DNA of 64,000 nt, taken from Clostridia bacterium (GTDB lineage: Bacteria; Bacillota; Clostridia; UMGS1883). Shown here piece by piece: positions 38,501-48,600 of the stretch. The first letter of the stretch is position 1. The number at the start of each line of letters is the position of its first letter. Made by a program: the position numbers and the translations under genes. The DNA lies in contig JAFQQD010000041.1 of NCBI GenBank assembly GCA_017411435.1, positions 94-64,093 on the forward strand, in the 5' to 3' direction. The notes under the pieces were generated by a model. It made no database searches and was not told the origin of the DNA. It saw only the letters and a program-made list of their open reading frames with translations.

Positions 38501-39734
38501 TGTTACCGGGGGTAATTGTCTGAATATCACCGCCGCCCTTCATACGGATACCGTAGTCGCCGATTTCCTGAATTGTACAAGCCTCAACAAGAGTATTTTT
38601 TGAATCCTCTATAAATACTGAGTGCTGACCGATATTCTGAATGGTAGCGTTACGGATTGTGATATGGTCGGAATTTTTAATGTGGAATGCGTAATTTGAA
38701 AGACTGTCGTATACATTTATTCCGTCAAATGTAATGTAGGATGCACCTTCAAATTTAACATAAGTTTTTGAGTGTGTGCTGAGTGTAAGCTTATCCGTTG
38801 TCTTAAGCTTGTAAGGCGGATACCAGTAAAGCTTCTTGGTATTTGCATCAATGAAGAATTCACCCGGTGAGTCAATTTCTTCAAGAAGATTATCTACATA
38901 CCATCTGTGACCGGGCTTTACCCCGTAAGAGGTTCCTCGTGCGAGAACGATTGTCTTTTTCTCAGTATTGACACTGTCAAGCGGCACATGGTCCATATTG
39001 TATTCACTGCCGATATAGCCGTGAACTATTGCCTGGTCTGCCTTTTCCCATCTTTCAGGGCGGAGGTTGTTATACTTCCATTCGCCTTTCTTCTTTACAG
39101 AAGCAGTGGTAGGGGTTGCATCACCGGCTTCTACTACTGTAGTAATAGGCTGGAATCCGATATTGGGCCATCTTGCAAGGTCCTGTTTTTTATCATTAAG
39201 ATAAATAGTAACAGGTGTTGCATTATAGCGTGTATCAGCAATTCTTGAGCCATAGTTAAGTGCAGAAAAGTCAATTTTATACTCCGAAAGGTCAAGTTCA
39301 CCGACCTTACTCTGTGCCTCGGCAGGAATCCTTGTAAGTACTGCCTTATCAGTGACAGGTTTGAATTCTGCAAGGTTAAGAGTAACCGCGTTGGTCATTC
39401 TTACTTCACCGTCACCTGCTGCGCGGTATATTACAGGATATTTTTCATTACCTGAGTCTTCTTGTGTGAAAGTGAGTGTCAGTTCCTGCGGATAAATACC
39501 TGCGTGGACAATGACCTCAGCATGTTTTTTTCTGTGGTCTCTGGAGCGCAGAAAAGTCTGTGCTGCCTCAATTGTCTTAAATGGTTTTGCTTCGCTGCCG
39601 TCACCTGCAAATTTTGCATTGGCGTCAACATGAACTATAATCTTGTCCTCTTCAGCAGCCATTGCTGCAAAAGGAAGCAAAGAGAATACCATGCACAAAG
39701 CAAGAAGCATTGCTGTAATTCTAACTTTTCTCAT
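35571..39734 (-). CDS. Large secreted beta-helix/Fn3/Cu-amine-oxidase-N1-like protein (paralogue 2 of 3)
   Basis: 1387 aa with the same architecture as 31327..35469. N- and C-terminal ~150 aa are near-identical among the three paralogues. The termini are ~80% identical at the nucleotide level. Confidence 0.75.
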   Translation of the reverse strand: MRKVRITAMLLALCMVFSLLPFAAMAAEEDKIIVHVDANAKFAGDGSEAKPFKTIEAAQTFLRSRDHRKKHAEVIVHAGIYPQELTLTFTQEDSGNEKYPVIYRAAGDGEVRMTNAVTLNLAEFKPVTDKAVLTRIPAEAQSKVGELDLSEYKIDFSALNYGSRIADTRYNATPVTIYLNDKKQDLARWPNIGFQPITTVVEAGDATPTTASVKKKGEWKYNNLRPERWEKADQAIVHGYIGSEYNMDHVPLDSVNTEKKTIVLARGTSYGVKPGHRWYVDNLLEEIDSPGEFFIDANTKKLYWYPPYKLKTTDKLTLSTHSKTYVKFEGASYITFDGINVYDSLSNYAFHIKNSDHITIRNATIQNIGQHSVFIEDSKNTLVEACTIQEIGDYGIRMKGGGDIQTITPGNNRVANCHFYRWATRNNFWGNHAVNIGRSSYNTTIGDIVENNLIHGQPSGQGLHFGGLENQIRYNEIASIAHDAADCGVIYAGRTLNEWGNEISYNYIHDYGAIFEARYQVQAIYWDDWMSGQNAHHNIIVPGTKNRTAGNLFVGADSYYCENIVVNSDIGVRATDREKEIHSTAYNTTKDTHKANSPAILEKYPRIREYKEELDKNGMMLLCANNVFENNLSVDVNSNRFHDTHIKNGKFNNNQISDDYGVFVDAANHDYRLTSEAVKQFGFPDTVLNENNFSMDKIGVQPEIMKLEKPETPFRLLYPTNGQTNVIRNTAYIKWEAARYADMYEYVVATDPDLKNVVASGTTLYNLVELPDLQGNTVYYYKVWAKNVTRQMGNTWASEGVPYMFKTTATDVLETEMLKEEIKNIKALREKVAPLVGDALGQYKPEVLTAIDDKLSNAQRIANKTTGSQEEIQNSVADLQLFQEGITGYKRAGHENIKITDGTWLVNDTSISASKTGNTLKLESFSDGWAYLNEPTPGYTVKHFRMKINYNGWTGISIKQSNPESKIYDTGLKSYFLVIKPEQIEFQKKNPAAATTGVITTYPNQYIREDEWVDVEFGSVDVPGGVNIFLKVNGNIVLNEYDTETPCFGDGYFVIRPGGEGAVVELQEASSVPTEEFVYSGASSMDQAKTIYNLESKNAVKTGVWTNSDDKTADGSTIWTSVDPTASVTYTVTDTEVPYKTYYYHEPIAGGDPNATISMVAYSPTDGGKTNVVRKIDFSQGEKGWVYLGTYECASHSKTGDIVFTIEGSGQGTLVAPVVATVRADKELLEFNRTFYDYSENLLLMKIDSQKAYKVQDELAIPDTAPYIENGRTMVPLRFVSEAFGAQVDWNAETQTATITNGSNVVAFTLGNKNYTANGEVRESETEAKLVNGRTMIPLRATAEALGKKVMWYGDARLIFIADNFGFAESDTAKLQNAAKGFDKGFN

Positions 39735-39990
39735 TTTTTCTCCTCCTTTTAGAATGAAAAAGTTTTGGAAATAACTCCAACACTACAAGATAATAATAAT
39801 GCATATTTTATAGAAAGTAAATGCCAAAAAATATGTTTCCATATTGCAAAAAGTGTGATTTTTACTATAGTTTTCCAACACATGTTATTTTTAACAAAAA
39901 TAAGCGTGCCGCTTCACCCATTTTGCGTCCCTTCTAAACTCAAAACCAACAAGTGTTGCTCGCAATAAAAACACAAAGGTTCCCTATACG

Positions 39991-40033
39991 AAAAAAACAC
40001 ACAACTTCAAAAGAAATTGTGTGTTTTTTTGTC
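39991..40033 (-). terminator. Bidirectional terminator 3' of the uxuB-like gene
   Basis: aaaaaaacacacaac...ttgtgtgttttttt palindrome. Confidence 0.65.
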
Positions 40034-40039
40034 TTTTAA

Positions 40040-40885
40040 TTATACTCCGCTGTATGCAGAGAAGCCACCATCAACGGGAATTACAACACCGTTAACGAAA
40101 CTTGCAGCATCCTTTGATACAAGGAAAAGAAGAGTTCCGATAAGCTCGGTTGCTTCACCGAATCTGCTCATAGGAGTTGCAGCAAGGATTTTTCCTGTTC
40201 TTGGTGTGGGAGTTCCGTCTTCGTTAAAGAGAAGCTTTTCGTTCTGCTTTGTTACGAAAAATCCGGGAGCAATCGCGTTGCAACGGATATTCGTGCGTGA
40301 GAAGTGAACTGCAAGCCACTGTGTGAAGTTGGAAATCGCTGCCTTAGCACCACTGTATGCAGGAATCTTTGTAAGGGGTGTGTAAGCATTCATGCTTGAA
40401 ATGTTGATGATGCTTGCATCTTCCTTATCAAGCATATCCTTTGCAAATACCTGTGTGGGAAGGAGTGTACCGAGGAAATTAAGGTTGAATACGAATTCAA
40501 CGCCTGACTTGTCAAGGTCGAAAAATGTCTTTACCTTACCCATATCCTCAGGAGCGAAATATTCGTCATCAGTAGTAGCCTTGGGGTTGTTACCGCCTGC
40601 ACCGTTGATAAGGATATCACAAGTACCAAAGTCCTTCACGATTTCATCGTGTGCCTTCTGGATGCTTTCCTGATCAAGAACATTACAAGCGTAGCCCTTT
40701 GCTGTGCCACCGTTCTTATTGATTTCTTCGGCATACTTTTTAGCAGCCTCTTCATTAAGGTCAAGGAGTGCTACCTTTGCACCTGTTTTTGCAAGAGCTT
40801 CTGCAAACATTGAGCAGAGAACACCGCCTGCACCAGTTACAACTGCAACCTTGCCTGTAAGGTCAATTTCAAAAGGAAGCTTCAT
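40040..40885 (-). CDS. uxuB: SDR-family oxidoreductase, likely D-mannonate oxidoreductase (UxuB/YjmF type)
   Basis: 'KVAVVTGAGGVLC' SDR Rossmann motif and 'YSGAKAA' catalytic motif. 281 aa. Immediately downstream of uxuA with a 1-nt overlap. Confidence 0.6.
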   Translation of the reverse strand: MKLPFEIDLTGKVAVVTGAGGVLCSMFAEALAKTGAKVALLDLNEEAAKKYAEEINKNGGTAKGYACNVLDQESIQKAHDEIVKDFGTCDILINGAGGNNPKATTDDEYFAPEDMGKVKTFFDLDKSGVEFVFNLNFLGTLLPTQVFAKDMLDKEDASIINISSMNAYTPLTKIPAYSGAKAAISNFTQWLAVHFSRTNIRCNAIAPGFFVTKQNEKLLFNEDGTPTPRTGKILAATPMSRFGEATELIGTLLFLVSKDAASFVNGVVIPVDGGFSAYSGV

Positions 40886-41934
40886 TATTTGTTTCCTCCT
40901 TTTTCAAGAGTTTCCCAGATACCTGCCATATACATTGCGCCGAGCGCTCTGTCGTAGAGGCCGTAGCCGGGTTTACCTGTTTCGCCCCAGATCATACGAC
41001 CGTGGTCAGGACGAAGGTATCCCTTAAAGCCTGTGTCGTGATAAGCCTTGAGGATTTCAACAACATCGAGTGAACCGCATTCTGAAAGGTGTCCGCTTTC
41101 CTCGAAAGAGCCATCTTCAAGAATTTTAATATTTCTTACATGTGCAAAGTGAATTCTGCCCATTGCACCGAATTTTCTTACCATTGCAGTATAGTCGTTG
41201 AACTTAGCACAGCCAAGTGAGCCGCTGCAAAGTGTAAGACCGTGATGTACATCGTCATAAAGTGAGAGGAATCGGTCGATGTTAGCCTCGTTAGTGATGA
41301 TTCTCGGAATACCGAAAATTGACCACGGCGGATCATCGGGATGAATCGCCATGTTAACATCACACTCTACGGCTACAGGCATAATCTCCTTGATAAAGTA
41401 TTCAAGGTTTGCCCAAAGGCCTTCCTCACCGATTTCCTTATAAGCATTAACAAGTCCTGAAATCTCATCAGGAGAGTATGACGCATCCCAACCGGGAAGA
41501 GTCATCTTTGTGGGGTCCATCTTGTCAACATCCTCTTTGTAATAAACAAGAGCGTTTGAGCCATCAGGAAGAGGCTGATCAAGACGGGAACGAGTCCAGT
41601 CAAACACAGGCATAAAGTTGTAGCAGATACACTTTACTCCTGCTTTTGCAAGACGGCGGATGTTTTCTTTGTAGTTATCGATGTAGAGCTGATAATTTCC
41701 GCGTTTTAATTTGATATCTTCATGAACGGGAACAGACTCGATAACTTCCATTTCAAGACCCTTTGCGTTTACAAGCGCCTTCATCTCGTCAATTTGTTCC
41801 TGAGGCCATACTTCGCCAACGGGAACGCTGTAAACAGCTGTAACAACACCTGTCATACAGGGAATTTGTCTGATATGGTCGAGCGTGATTGAATCGTCCT
41901 GACCATACCAGCGAAATGTCATTTTCATATGCAA
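40885..41934 (-). CDS. uxuA: Mannonate dehydratase
   Basis: 'MKMTFRWYGQDDSITLDHIRQIP' UxuA N-terminus. Xylose-isomerase-like TIM barrel. 349 aa. Confidence 0.85.
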   Translation of the reverse strand: MHMKMTFRWYGQDDSITLDHIRQIPCMTGVVTAVYSVPVGEVWPQEQIDEMKALVNAKGLEMEVIESVPVHEDIKLKRGNYQLYIDNYKENIRRLAKAGVKCICYNFMPVFDWTRSRLDQPLPDGSNALVYYKEDVDKMDPTKMTLPGWDASYSPDEISGLVNAYKEIGEEGLWANLEYFIKEIMPVAVECDVNMAIHPDDPPWSIFGIPRIITNEANIDRFLSLYDDVHHGLTLCSGSLGCAKFNDYTAMVRKFGAMGRIHFAHVRNIKILEDGSFEESGHLSECGSLDVVEILKAYHDTGFKGYLRPDHGRMIWGETGKPGYGLYDRALGAMYMAGIWETLEKGGNK

Positions 41935-41966
41935 TTTCCTTTCTATAAATTTTTTATGTAATTTAA

Positions 41967-42704
41967 TTAATTTGTATGTTGTAGGATGAAATCAACTATC
42001 ATCTGTGGGTTTCCGGGAATACCATGAGGATGATGCCCCTGATATTCGCGCATATGAACCTTAAGAAGCTCGGGATGGTTTTCATACTCATCGGCAAAAA
42101 GTCTGCCGTGCTTATTGAAATCGACCGTTGTATCCTCGTTTCCGTAGAGCATAATAATCGGAATTTTGTTTTCGATGAGTGTACCCACCATATTCATCGG
42201 ATGATGAGGAAAATCCAGCATCTTCGCCCTTGTAATACCGGGGTATGCAACGATAAATTCCTCTTCCCACACCTTTTCACGGTATTCGTTACCATACGCT
42301 GCGGGAAAATCGCAGTAGTTAAGGACGGGTGCGTCAATGAACATACAGTCGATAAGGTCGGGATAGTAGCCTGCAAATCTTACTGCGTGGGCTCCGCCGC
42401 AGCTCATACCGACAGGGACGCACTTTTCCTTAAGTCCAAGCTCCTTTGCGATGAATTTAACAAACCTTGCCTTTGCATCGCAGTCTTCCTTTGTTGCAAA
42501 GCGGGTTTTATTTTCAAGATATGCAACATGAAACCCCTCTTTGAGAAGAGCAATTTCAGTTTCGGGAAAAGCATCCTTATATTCTGTCTTAATTGTCCAG
42601 TTCTTTCCCATATTTGCTTTTTCGGGGAAAACCACTGTTGCGCGTCTTCCCTCAAACATAAACTCCGCCTCGGGAAAACCAAACCAATTTGAATTTATAT
42701 TCAT
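41967..42704 (-). CDS. Alpha/beta-hydrolase-fold esterase (possible carbohydrate/glucuronoyl esterase or dienelactone-hydrolase-like)
   Basis: Nucleophile-elbow-like 'GMSCGG'. C-terminal His-containing 'GHHPHG'. Located in the uxu cluster. Confidence 0.5.
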   Translation of the reverse strand: MNINSNWFGFPEAEFMFEGRRATVVFPEKANMGKNWTIKTEYKDAFPETEIALLKEGFHVAYLENKTRFATKEDCDAKARFVKFIAKELGLKEKCVPVGMSCGGAHAVRFAGYYPDLIDCMFIDAPVLNYCDFPAAYGNEYREKVWEEEFIVAYPGITRAKMLDFPHHPMNMVGTLIENKIPIIMLYGNEDTTVDFNKHGRLFADEYENHPELLKVHMREYQGHHPHGIPGNPQMIVDFILQHTN

Positions 42705-42798
42705 AAAAAACCTCTTTTAAGCAAAAACTCCCGAGCAAATCTTTCGAACTTATGCTACGAAATAAGTGCCCAAGGAGAATTCTGTTTTCTTAAAGGAA

Positions 42799-43650
42799 TT
42801 ATTCCTTTTTGTTCTTCTTACTTATCTCATTCTGGTATTCTGCAGGGGTTTTGCCTGTAAAGGTCTTAAAAACCTTGTAGAAATACGGGGCACTTTTATA
42901 ACCAATAGTACTGAAAATCTGTGATGCCTTTGTATCAGGCTTTCTGAGTAGTTCCTTCGCCCTTTCTACGCGCATACGATTGAGAGTAGTAGTGAAGTTT
43001 TCATTCATGTATTTTCTGTAAAATGAGCAGAAATAAACCTTGTTGTAGCACATATAGTCTGCTAAATCAGCAAGACTGATGTCATTAAAATAATTGTTGC
43101 TGAGATACTCCATTATCTCATTTCTTACGCTTTCTTCTTTACTTGTTTCAGTTATTTCGATTGATTTAACGCCTTCAACAATCTGTCCGAGAGCCATAAA
43201 TTCTTTCGAAATTTTTATCTTGGAACTGATTTCAAGACGGTCTGCCAGATCGTGCGAAAGCCGCTGGCAATATTTTTCCGCTGTTATGCGTAAGTCTTCT
43301 TTTCGGTTTTTCTGAATTGCTACAATTCCTATGTTGTTGTATGAATACATTACGGTTGCAAACAGGACATCTATGCTGTCTTCAAATGCAATTTCAGAAA
43401 TAAAACTGTAAAGCTCTTCCCTGCCGTATTTGAATTTTGTCTTCAAATATTCATCAAACTTTTCGATGGAAAGAGTTATTATAAGGGTTTGCGACTTTGT
43501 AAACTCTTCAGGCAGAGAAGACTGCATGAGTCGTTCACAAAGCGCTGCCTCATTTTTTATATTACCGAAAAACAAATCCGAGAAAAGTCTTTCTATCTTG
43601 ATTTGTTTTTCATTATTTTCTAAAGAATCTGAATGTTTACTGTTAAGCAT
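42799..43650 (-). CDS. AraC-family transcriptional regulator
   Basis: C-terminal double-HTH 'ISLADLADYMCYNKVYFCSFYRKYMNENFTTT...IFSTIGYKSAPYFYKVFKTFTGKTPAEY'. Confidence 0.85.
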   Translation of the reverse strand: MLNSKHSDSLENNEKQIKIERLFSDLFFGNIKNEAALCERLMQSSLPEEFTKSQTLIITLSIEKFDEYLKTKFKYGREELYSFISEIAFEDSIDVLFATVMYSYNNIGIVAIQKNRKEDLRITAEKYCQRLSHDLADRLEISSKIKISKEFMALGQIVEGVKSIEITETSKEESVRNEIMEYLSNNYFNDISLADLADYMCYNKVYFCSFYRKYMNENFTTTLNRMRVERAKELLRKPDTKASQIFSTIGYKSAPYFYKVFKTFTGKTPAEYQNEISKKNKKE

Positions 43651-43664
43651 TCTTTATTCCCCTT

Positions 43665-44810
43665 TTATTTACTCTGACGAATAACCTCCACAACATTGAT
43701 GTCTTCGTCAAAGATTACAAACTCCGCATCATAACCATACATTATTTTACCTTTTTTGTCAAGGTTCATAATTTCGGCAGGAGTCTGTGTCATCATTTTA
43801 ATTGCGTCTACGAGGGGAATACCTGCTTGCTTTACGCAAGTGCGAACAAGACGGTCTGTAGTTGCAATACTGCCTGCGAATGCACTTCTGTCCTTAAGCT
43901 TTGCAACACCGTCTTCAACAAGACAGTGATCGTCTTCTATGCCGTCTGCCTCATTCTCCATACCGCCGTAACGGATACTGTCGGTTACAAGACACATTTT
44001 TTCAGTTCCTTTAACCTTGTGAATAAGTCTTATAAGCTCGGGAGGAAGATGACATCCGTCTGTAATAGCCTCTACTGCGATACCATCTGTAAGGTATCCT
44101 GCTTCAAGAACACCGGGGAATCTGAATCCGCCCTTTCTTGTAACAGTAGAGGTGCAGGAATAGAAGTGTGTGATCAGCTTCATTCCATTGTTATATGCCT
44201 TCATCATTTCGGTATAGAGCGCATCTGTATGCGCTGCTGATGCCATAACATTAAAATCTGTAAGAGTATGTAAAAATTCAAGGTCAGGATCCACTTCGGG
44301 AGCGTAGCTCCATCTTTTTATAATATCAGCGTATTCCTTCAGAAATTCCAGATATTCTTCTTTCTGGGGTTTTCTGATAATGTTGGGGTCCTGCGCGCCA
44401 CACTGCAAGGGTGAAAAATACGGTCCTTCAAGATGTATTCCGATTATTTCTGCTTTAGCAGACTTATCTTCCTTTACTTTTCTTACTAAAGCTGCGGCAT
44501 TTTCCATTGCATCTATTGAGCTTGAAGAAAGTGTCGGATAAATTGTTGTTGTACCATGGGCAAAATGTCCATCGCATGCCTTTATAATCTCTTCCTCGGT
44601 TGCGTCTTCGAATCTTACTCCGAAACCACCGTGAACATGCACATCAATAAAGCCTGCGGAAACATAATTTCCGTTTGCTTTCTTTTCGCAGTCAAAAGGA
44701 AGATTCTCATCGGTAACAGCAATAATTGTACCGTTTTCGTAATATATACTTTTACCTTCTACTATACCTTCTGGCAATATAAGTTTACCGCCGCTGATTT
44801 TTGTTACCAT
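43665..44810 (-). CDS. nagA: N-acetylglucosamine-6-phosphate deacetylase
   Basis: 'GFIDVHVHGGFG' metal-binding motif and amidohydrolase fold. GAGGTG RBS before the 'MVTKISGG' start. The ORF track's 44879 start is an over-extension. Confidence 0.85.
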   Translation of the reverse strand: MVTKISGGKLILPEGIVEGKSIYYENGTIIAVTDENLPFDCEKKANGNYVSAGFIDVHVHGGFGVRFEDATEEEIIKACDGHFAHGTTTIYPTLSSSSIDAMENAAALVRKVKEDKSAKAEIIGIHLEGPYFSPLQCGAQDPNIIRKPQKEEYLEFLKEYADIIKRWSYAPEVDPDLEFLHTLTDFNVMASAAHTDALYTEMMKAYNNGMKLITHFYSCTSTVTRKGGFRFPGVLEAGYLTDGIAVEAITDGCHLPPELIRLIHKVKGTEKMCLVTDSIRYGGMENEADGIEDDHCLVEDGVAKLKDRSAFAGSIATTDRLVRTCVKQAGIPLVDAIKMMTQTPAEIMNLDKKGKIMYGYDAEFVIFDEDINVVEVIRQSK

Positions 44811-44844
44811 ATTTTTCACCTCATACAGATATGTGTCTAGTTTG

Positions 44845-45609
44845 TTATTTACTGAGAAGAGCAGCGCTGTCGCTGTCACAGTAGAGGATAGCGTTGTCGT
44901 GGTTTCTTAAGATACTTGCAGGACAGTCGGGAGTGATTTCACCCTCAACAGTATTTTTAACTGCGTTAGCCTTTGTAGGAGCAGGCACTACGCAGAAAAG
45001 ATATTTTCCTGAAGTAAGTGTGGGGATTGTAAGAGTAAGCGCCTGTTTTGGAACATCATCAAGTTTTGCAAAGCAGCCATCGTTAACCTGCTGCATACGG
45101 CAAACTTCGTCAAGTTCAACCGTCTTAACTACTTTCTTGTCGTCAAACTCTGCTACATGGGGGTCATTGAATGCAATATGACCATTCTCCCCTATACCCA
45201 TACAAACGATGTCTGTGGGGTTTGCTTTAAGAAGTGCAGAATATCTTTCACATTCTGCCTCAGGATCAGGAGCGTCGCATCTGATGAAATTAACACTCTT
45301 GAAGGGTTTCTTTGAGAAAATCTTGTCATTGAGGAAATTACCAAAGCCCTGAGGAGCATCCTTGTCAAGGCCAACATATTCGTCCATATGGAACGCGTTA
45401 ATTCTTTCCCACTCGATTTCAGGGTCGCTGCAGATGTGAAGGAGCATATCATTCTGTGACGGAGCCGCCGCAAAAATCATATTGATTTCTTCCTTCTCGC
45501 TGAGCAATTTTTTAATGCAAGCGGCAACATCTGTTGCCGCTTGCTTACCCATTTCATCACGAGTGTTGAATATTTTAACCGCAAGTTTGTCTTTAATAAA
45601 TTCTGTCAT
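44845..45609 (-). CDS. nagB: Glucosamine-6-phosphate deaminase
   Basis: 'INMIFAAAPSQ' and 'INAFHMDEYVGL' NagB-family motifs. 254 aa. Confidence 0.8.
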   Translation of the reverse strand: MTEFIKDKLAVKIFNTRDEMGKQAATDVAACIKKLLSEKEEINMIFAAAPSQNDMLLHICSDPEIEWERINAFHMDEYVGLDKDAPQGFGNFLNDKIFSKKPFKSVNFIRCDAPDPEAECERYSALLKANPTDIVCMGIGENGHIAFNDPHVAEFDDKKVVKTVELDEVCRMQQVNDGCFAKLDDVPKQALTLTIPTLTSGKYLFCVVPAPTKANAVKNTVEGEITPDCPASILRNHDNAILYCDSDSAALLSK

Positions 45610-45636
45610 TTATATCCAACCTTTCGCTAATTCTTA

Positions 45637-48600
45637 TTATTCATCCCAGCTGTTGCTGTTGTAAACGATCATATTGGGAATATTTGCAAATCGAGAGTTG
45701 AACATAACTCTTGAACAGTCTGTACCGAAGTCTTCGTATGTCTTAACATCGTTGATTGATCCTGTCTTAACAACAATATCACCATCTACGAAGTTAACAA
45801 CTACAATCTTGGAAACTGACCAAACCTCTTCCTTATATCTTGTGTCGAAGTCTGCAGGATTTTCAGGATAGCCATTCTGGATTACATCCCAACCGGTAAG
45901 TTTAACAACGCCTTCACGAATCTTGAGGGGGTAACACTGGAAGAAACGGAATGAACCTGATGAGAAGCTTCTACCTGAAGCAAGGTTCATCGCTGTACCA
46001 CCACCGTAAGCAAAGGGATTCTTGTTGTATTGGGGATGAGTTTCGTCAGCTTCAACCCAACGGTCAACACCTGGGATGACACCGGGAGTCTGGGGCTCGC
46101 CTGTACCATCAACACCGTTTTCGTCAAATACTACACGAACATGTTCAACAATACCGTTTTCGTCCATAGCAACACGAACGATATCACCTACTTCAATATC
46201 TTCTCTGTCAAAGGGAACCTTAACCCAACCGAGGTTTGTGTTAGAGGAGTTTACTCTTACATCAGTTTCTGCTTCTGTATCGAATACAGCGTCGTCCTTG
46301 ATGTAGAGGTTAGCATCTGAAATAGAGCCCTGCCTATACTTCTTTGCCTTATAGATTGTACCAAGAGTATCATCGGGGAATCTGCCGCCGCCGATTTCTG
46401 TGATGATGTATACATCGGGTACACCGTAGCTTGTATCCATACCTGTTTCACCTGAAGGAAGGTCAACAACAGCATATTTTACTGACATACCGCCTTCGAT
46501 ATCTGTGTATGCTCTCAAAACATGATACTGACCTGCATCATCAGAAGTGTGTGTGGGAAGGTTCTTGATTGTACCTGCAGAGAATGCGTTTTCATCGTCT
46601 ACTCTTCTCTTTGTGCTGTCAACCATAATAATCTTTGATGCAGCAGGAGCAGCAACATAACCGCCGAATGAGTTTGAATTCTGTCTGAGGTAACCCTTTT
46701 CACTGTCACCGCTGTCGTTTGAATGAACAAGGTGAAGCTTACCTGTAATCTTTGTGTTTGCATCAAGAATGGGAAGCTCGATATAGTTGATTGCATCTTC
46801 ATCGTTTACTGTGTAACGGAACATACCATCAATCTTGTTTGACTCTGCATTGTATTCTGCCGAATATGCTTCAACAAATTCCTTTGCAGTCATCTTTGAT
46901 TCCACGCCGTCGTGGTTACTTACTCGAAGTGTTTCAGCAAGCTCATAGAGAGTATGTGCACCGCCCATTGTGTATGTCTGGATAGCATACCTTCTGTTTG
47001 TGGGTGAACCGGACAAGCTGCCGATTTCAAGGATGTAACCAATCTGAAGACCTGCCTTTTCCTGAGGAACGGCAAATGCTACACGACCGTAAGAGTTCAG
47101 ATAAAGAGTAAATGACTTGTTAAGTGCAAAATCTTCTCTCAGGCTGTAGTCCATAAATGCCTGTGTAACCTCGAATTCATTTTCAGTGTCAGAGATGTAG
47201 GTCTTTCCTTTATCTTCTGTGATTGAGTTAATTGTGAATTCTGAAATTGCACGGTTTGTTACATAGAATGTAAATATGTTACCGCGGCGGATAACATCAA
47301 GAACAGAGTTCTTCTGAATCATTGTGAAGTCTGCCTTGTTACCGTCTGCATCGTAGATATTAACGATGTACTTGGGGTCTTCGAAATCAAGCTCGATGAT
47401 ATCATCTTCGCTTGCATATGTGCCAGAACGAAGTATGTTGTAAATCTTTGTGTTGTCGCTGTCAACATTACCAACAACCCATGTTTCGAACTCATCGATT
47501 ACAACGATTTTCTTGTAAAGGTCATCTCTTGTTTCGATTACATAAATCTTACCGTAAGCGTTATTTGTAACAAAGTCGTTGAAGAAAGATTCGTTGTAAG
47601 AATCAAGTACTGCGCCATTGTAAATTACATAAGCATTTGCGTAGTTAACCTTCTTAGCTATCTTGTTAACCTTGTAGTTAAGTGTATCGCCGGTTGCGCT
47701 TGTAAGTGTTTCAATATCGATTTCTGTAACCTCATCGCGACCGTTAAGCTCTACATATACTGCAACACCTGAATCGTCTGACTTGTAGTTTGTGTACCAG
47801 CAAGTAACATCACGACCGATGAACTTTGAAAACTCCTTGCCCTCTTCCACTCTGATGAGAGTATCTGCTACAACGATTTTTGCACCTTCGTATGTGCTTT
47901 CGCCAACGAGTGTTGTGTAACCGCTGTCTGTCATAAGACCATCAATTTTATTAAGTCCGAGGATTTCCGAAGCGAATGTGCGGTTTTCGTCATAAGCAAA
48001 GCTGATGTCGCCGTTTTCGCCGTAAGATGTTTCTACAAGCATCTGTGCATCCATAGTATTCTTAAGGATAACTGCGATTGCACCACGCTTACAGATTTGT
48101 CCTGCGTTAGAGCCTTTAGTAAGGTTAAGGCGCTGAGCAAACTTGTTATAACCTACGGGGTAACCGCCGTTAGCCTCAGCAACAGCCTTATAACCAAGCA
48201 TAACCATAAATGTCTTTATAACCTGGTCAGTTGTTACTTCGCCATCGGGGTCGAAGGTTGTTTCAGATGTACCGTTCATGATACCAAGGTCACGGATGTA
48301 GTTGATTGCATCGTATGCCCAGTGAGATTCAGAAACATCTTCAAAATCTTTTGTTTCAACAACCTCCACAACGGGAGCGTCACTGCCTGAACCTGTGTCA
48401 ACGATAAGCTGGTCTTCGTTTGAATCATCGCCGAAGAATGAATCGCTCCAGATAGATTCATCGAAGAAGCCGCCTTCAGAATCGCTGCCAGCTCCGCTGC
48501 CGTTTGCGTATGAGAGGATGTTATTAATCAACTGTGCAAATTCCGCACGCGTCATATTCTTCTCAAGGTTTGAGTTGCCCTTGTCATCTCCAACCATAAT

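Noticed and set aside
42024-42692. Plus-strand 222-aa ORF antisense to the alpha/beta-hydrolase gene
   Set aside because: It is Cys-rich with no domain signal, fully antisense to a well-supported esterase ORF, and has no RBS.
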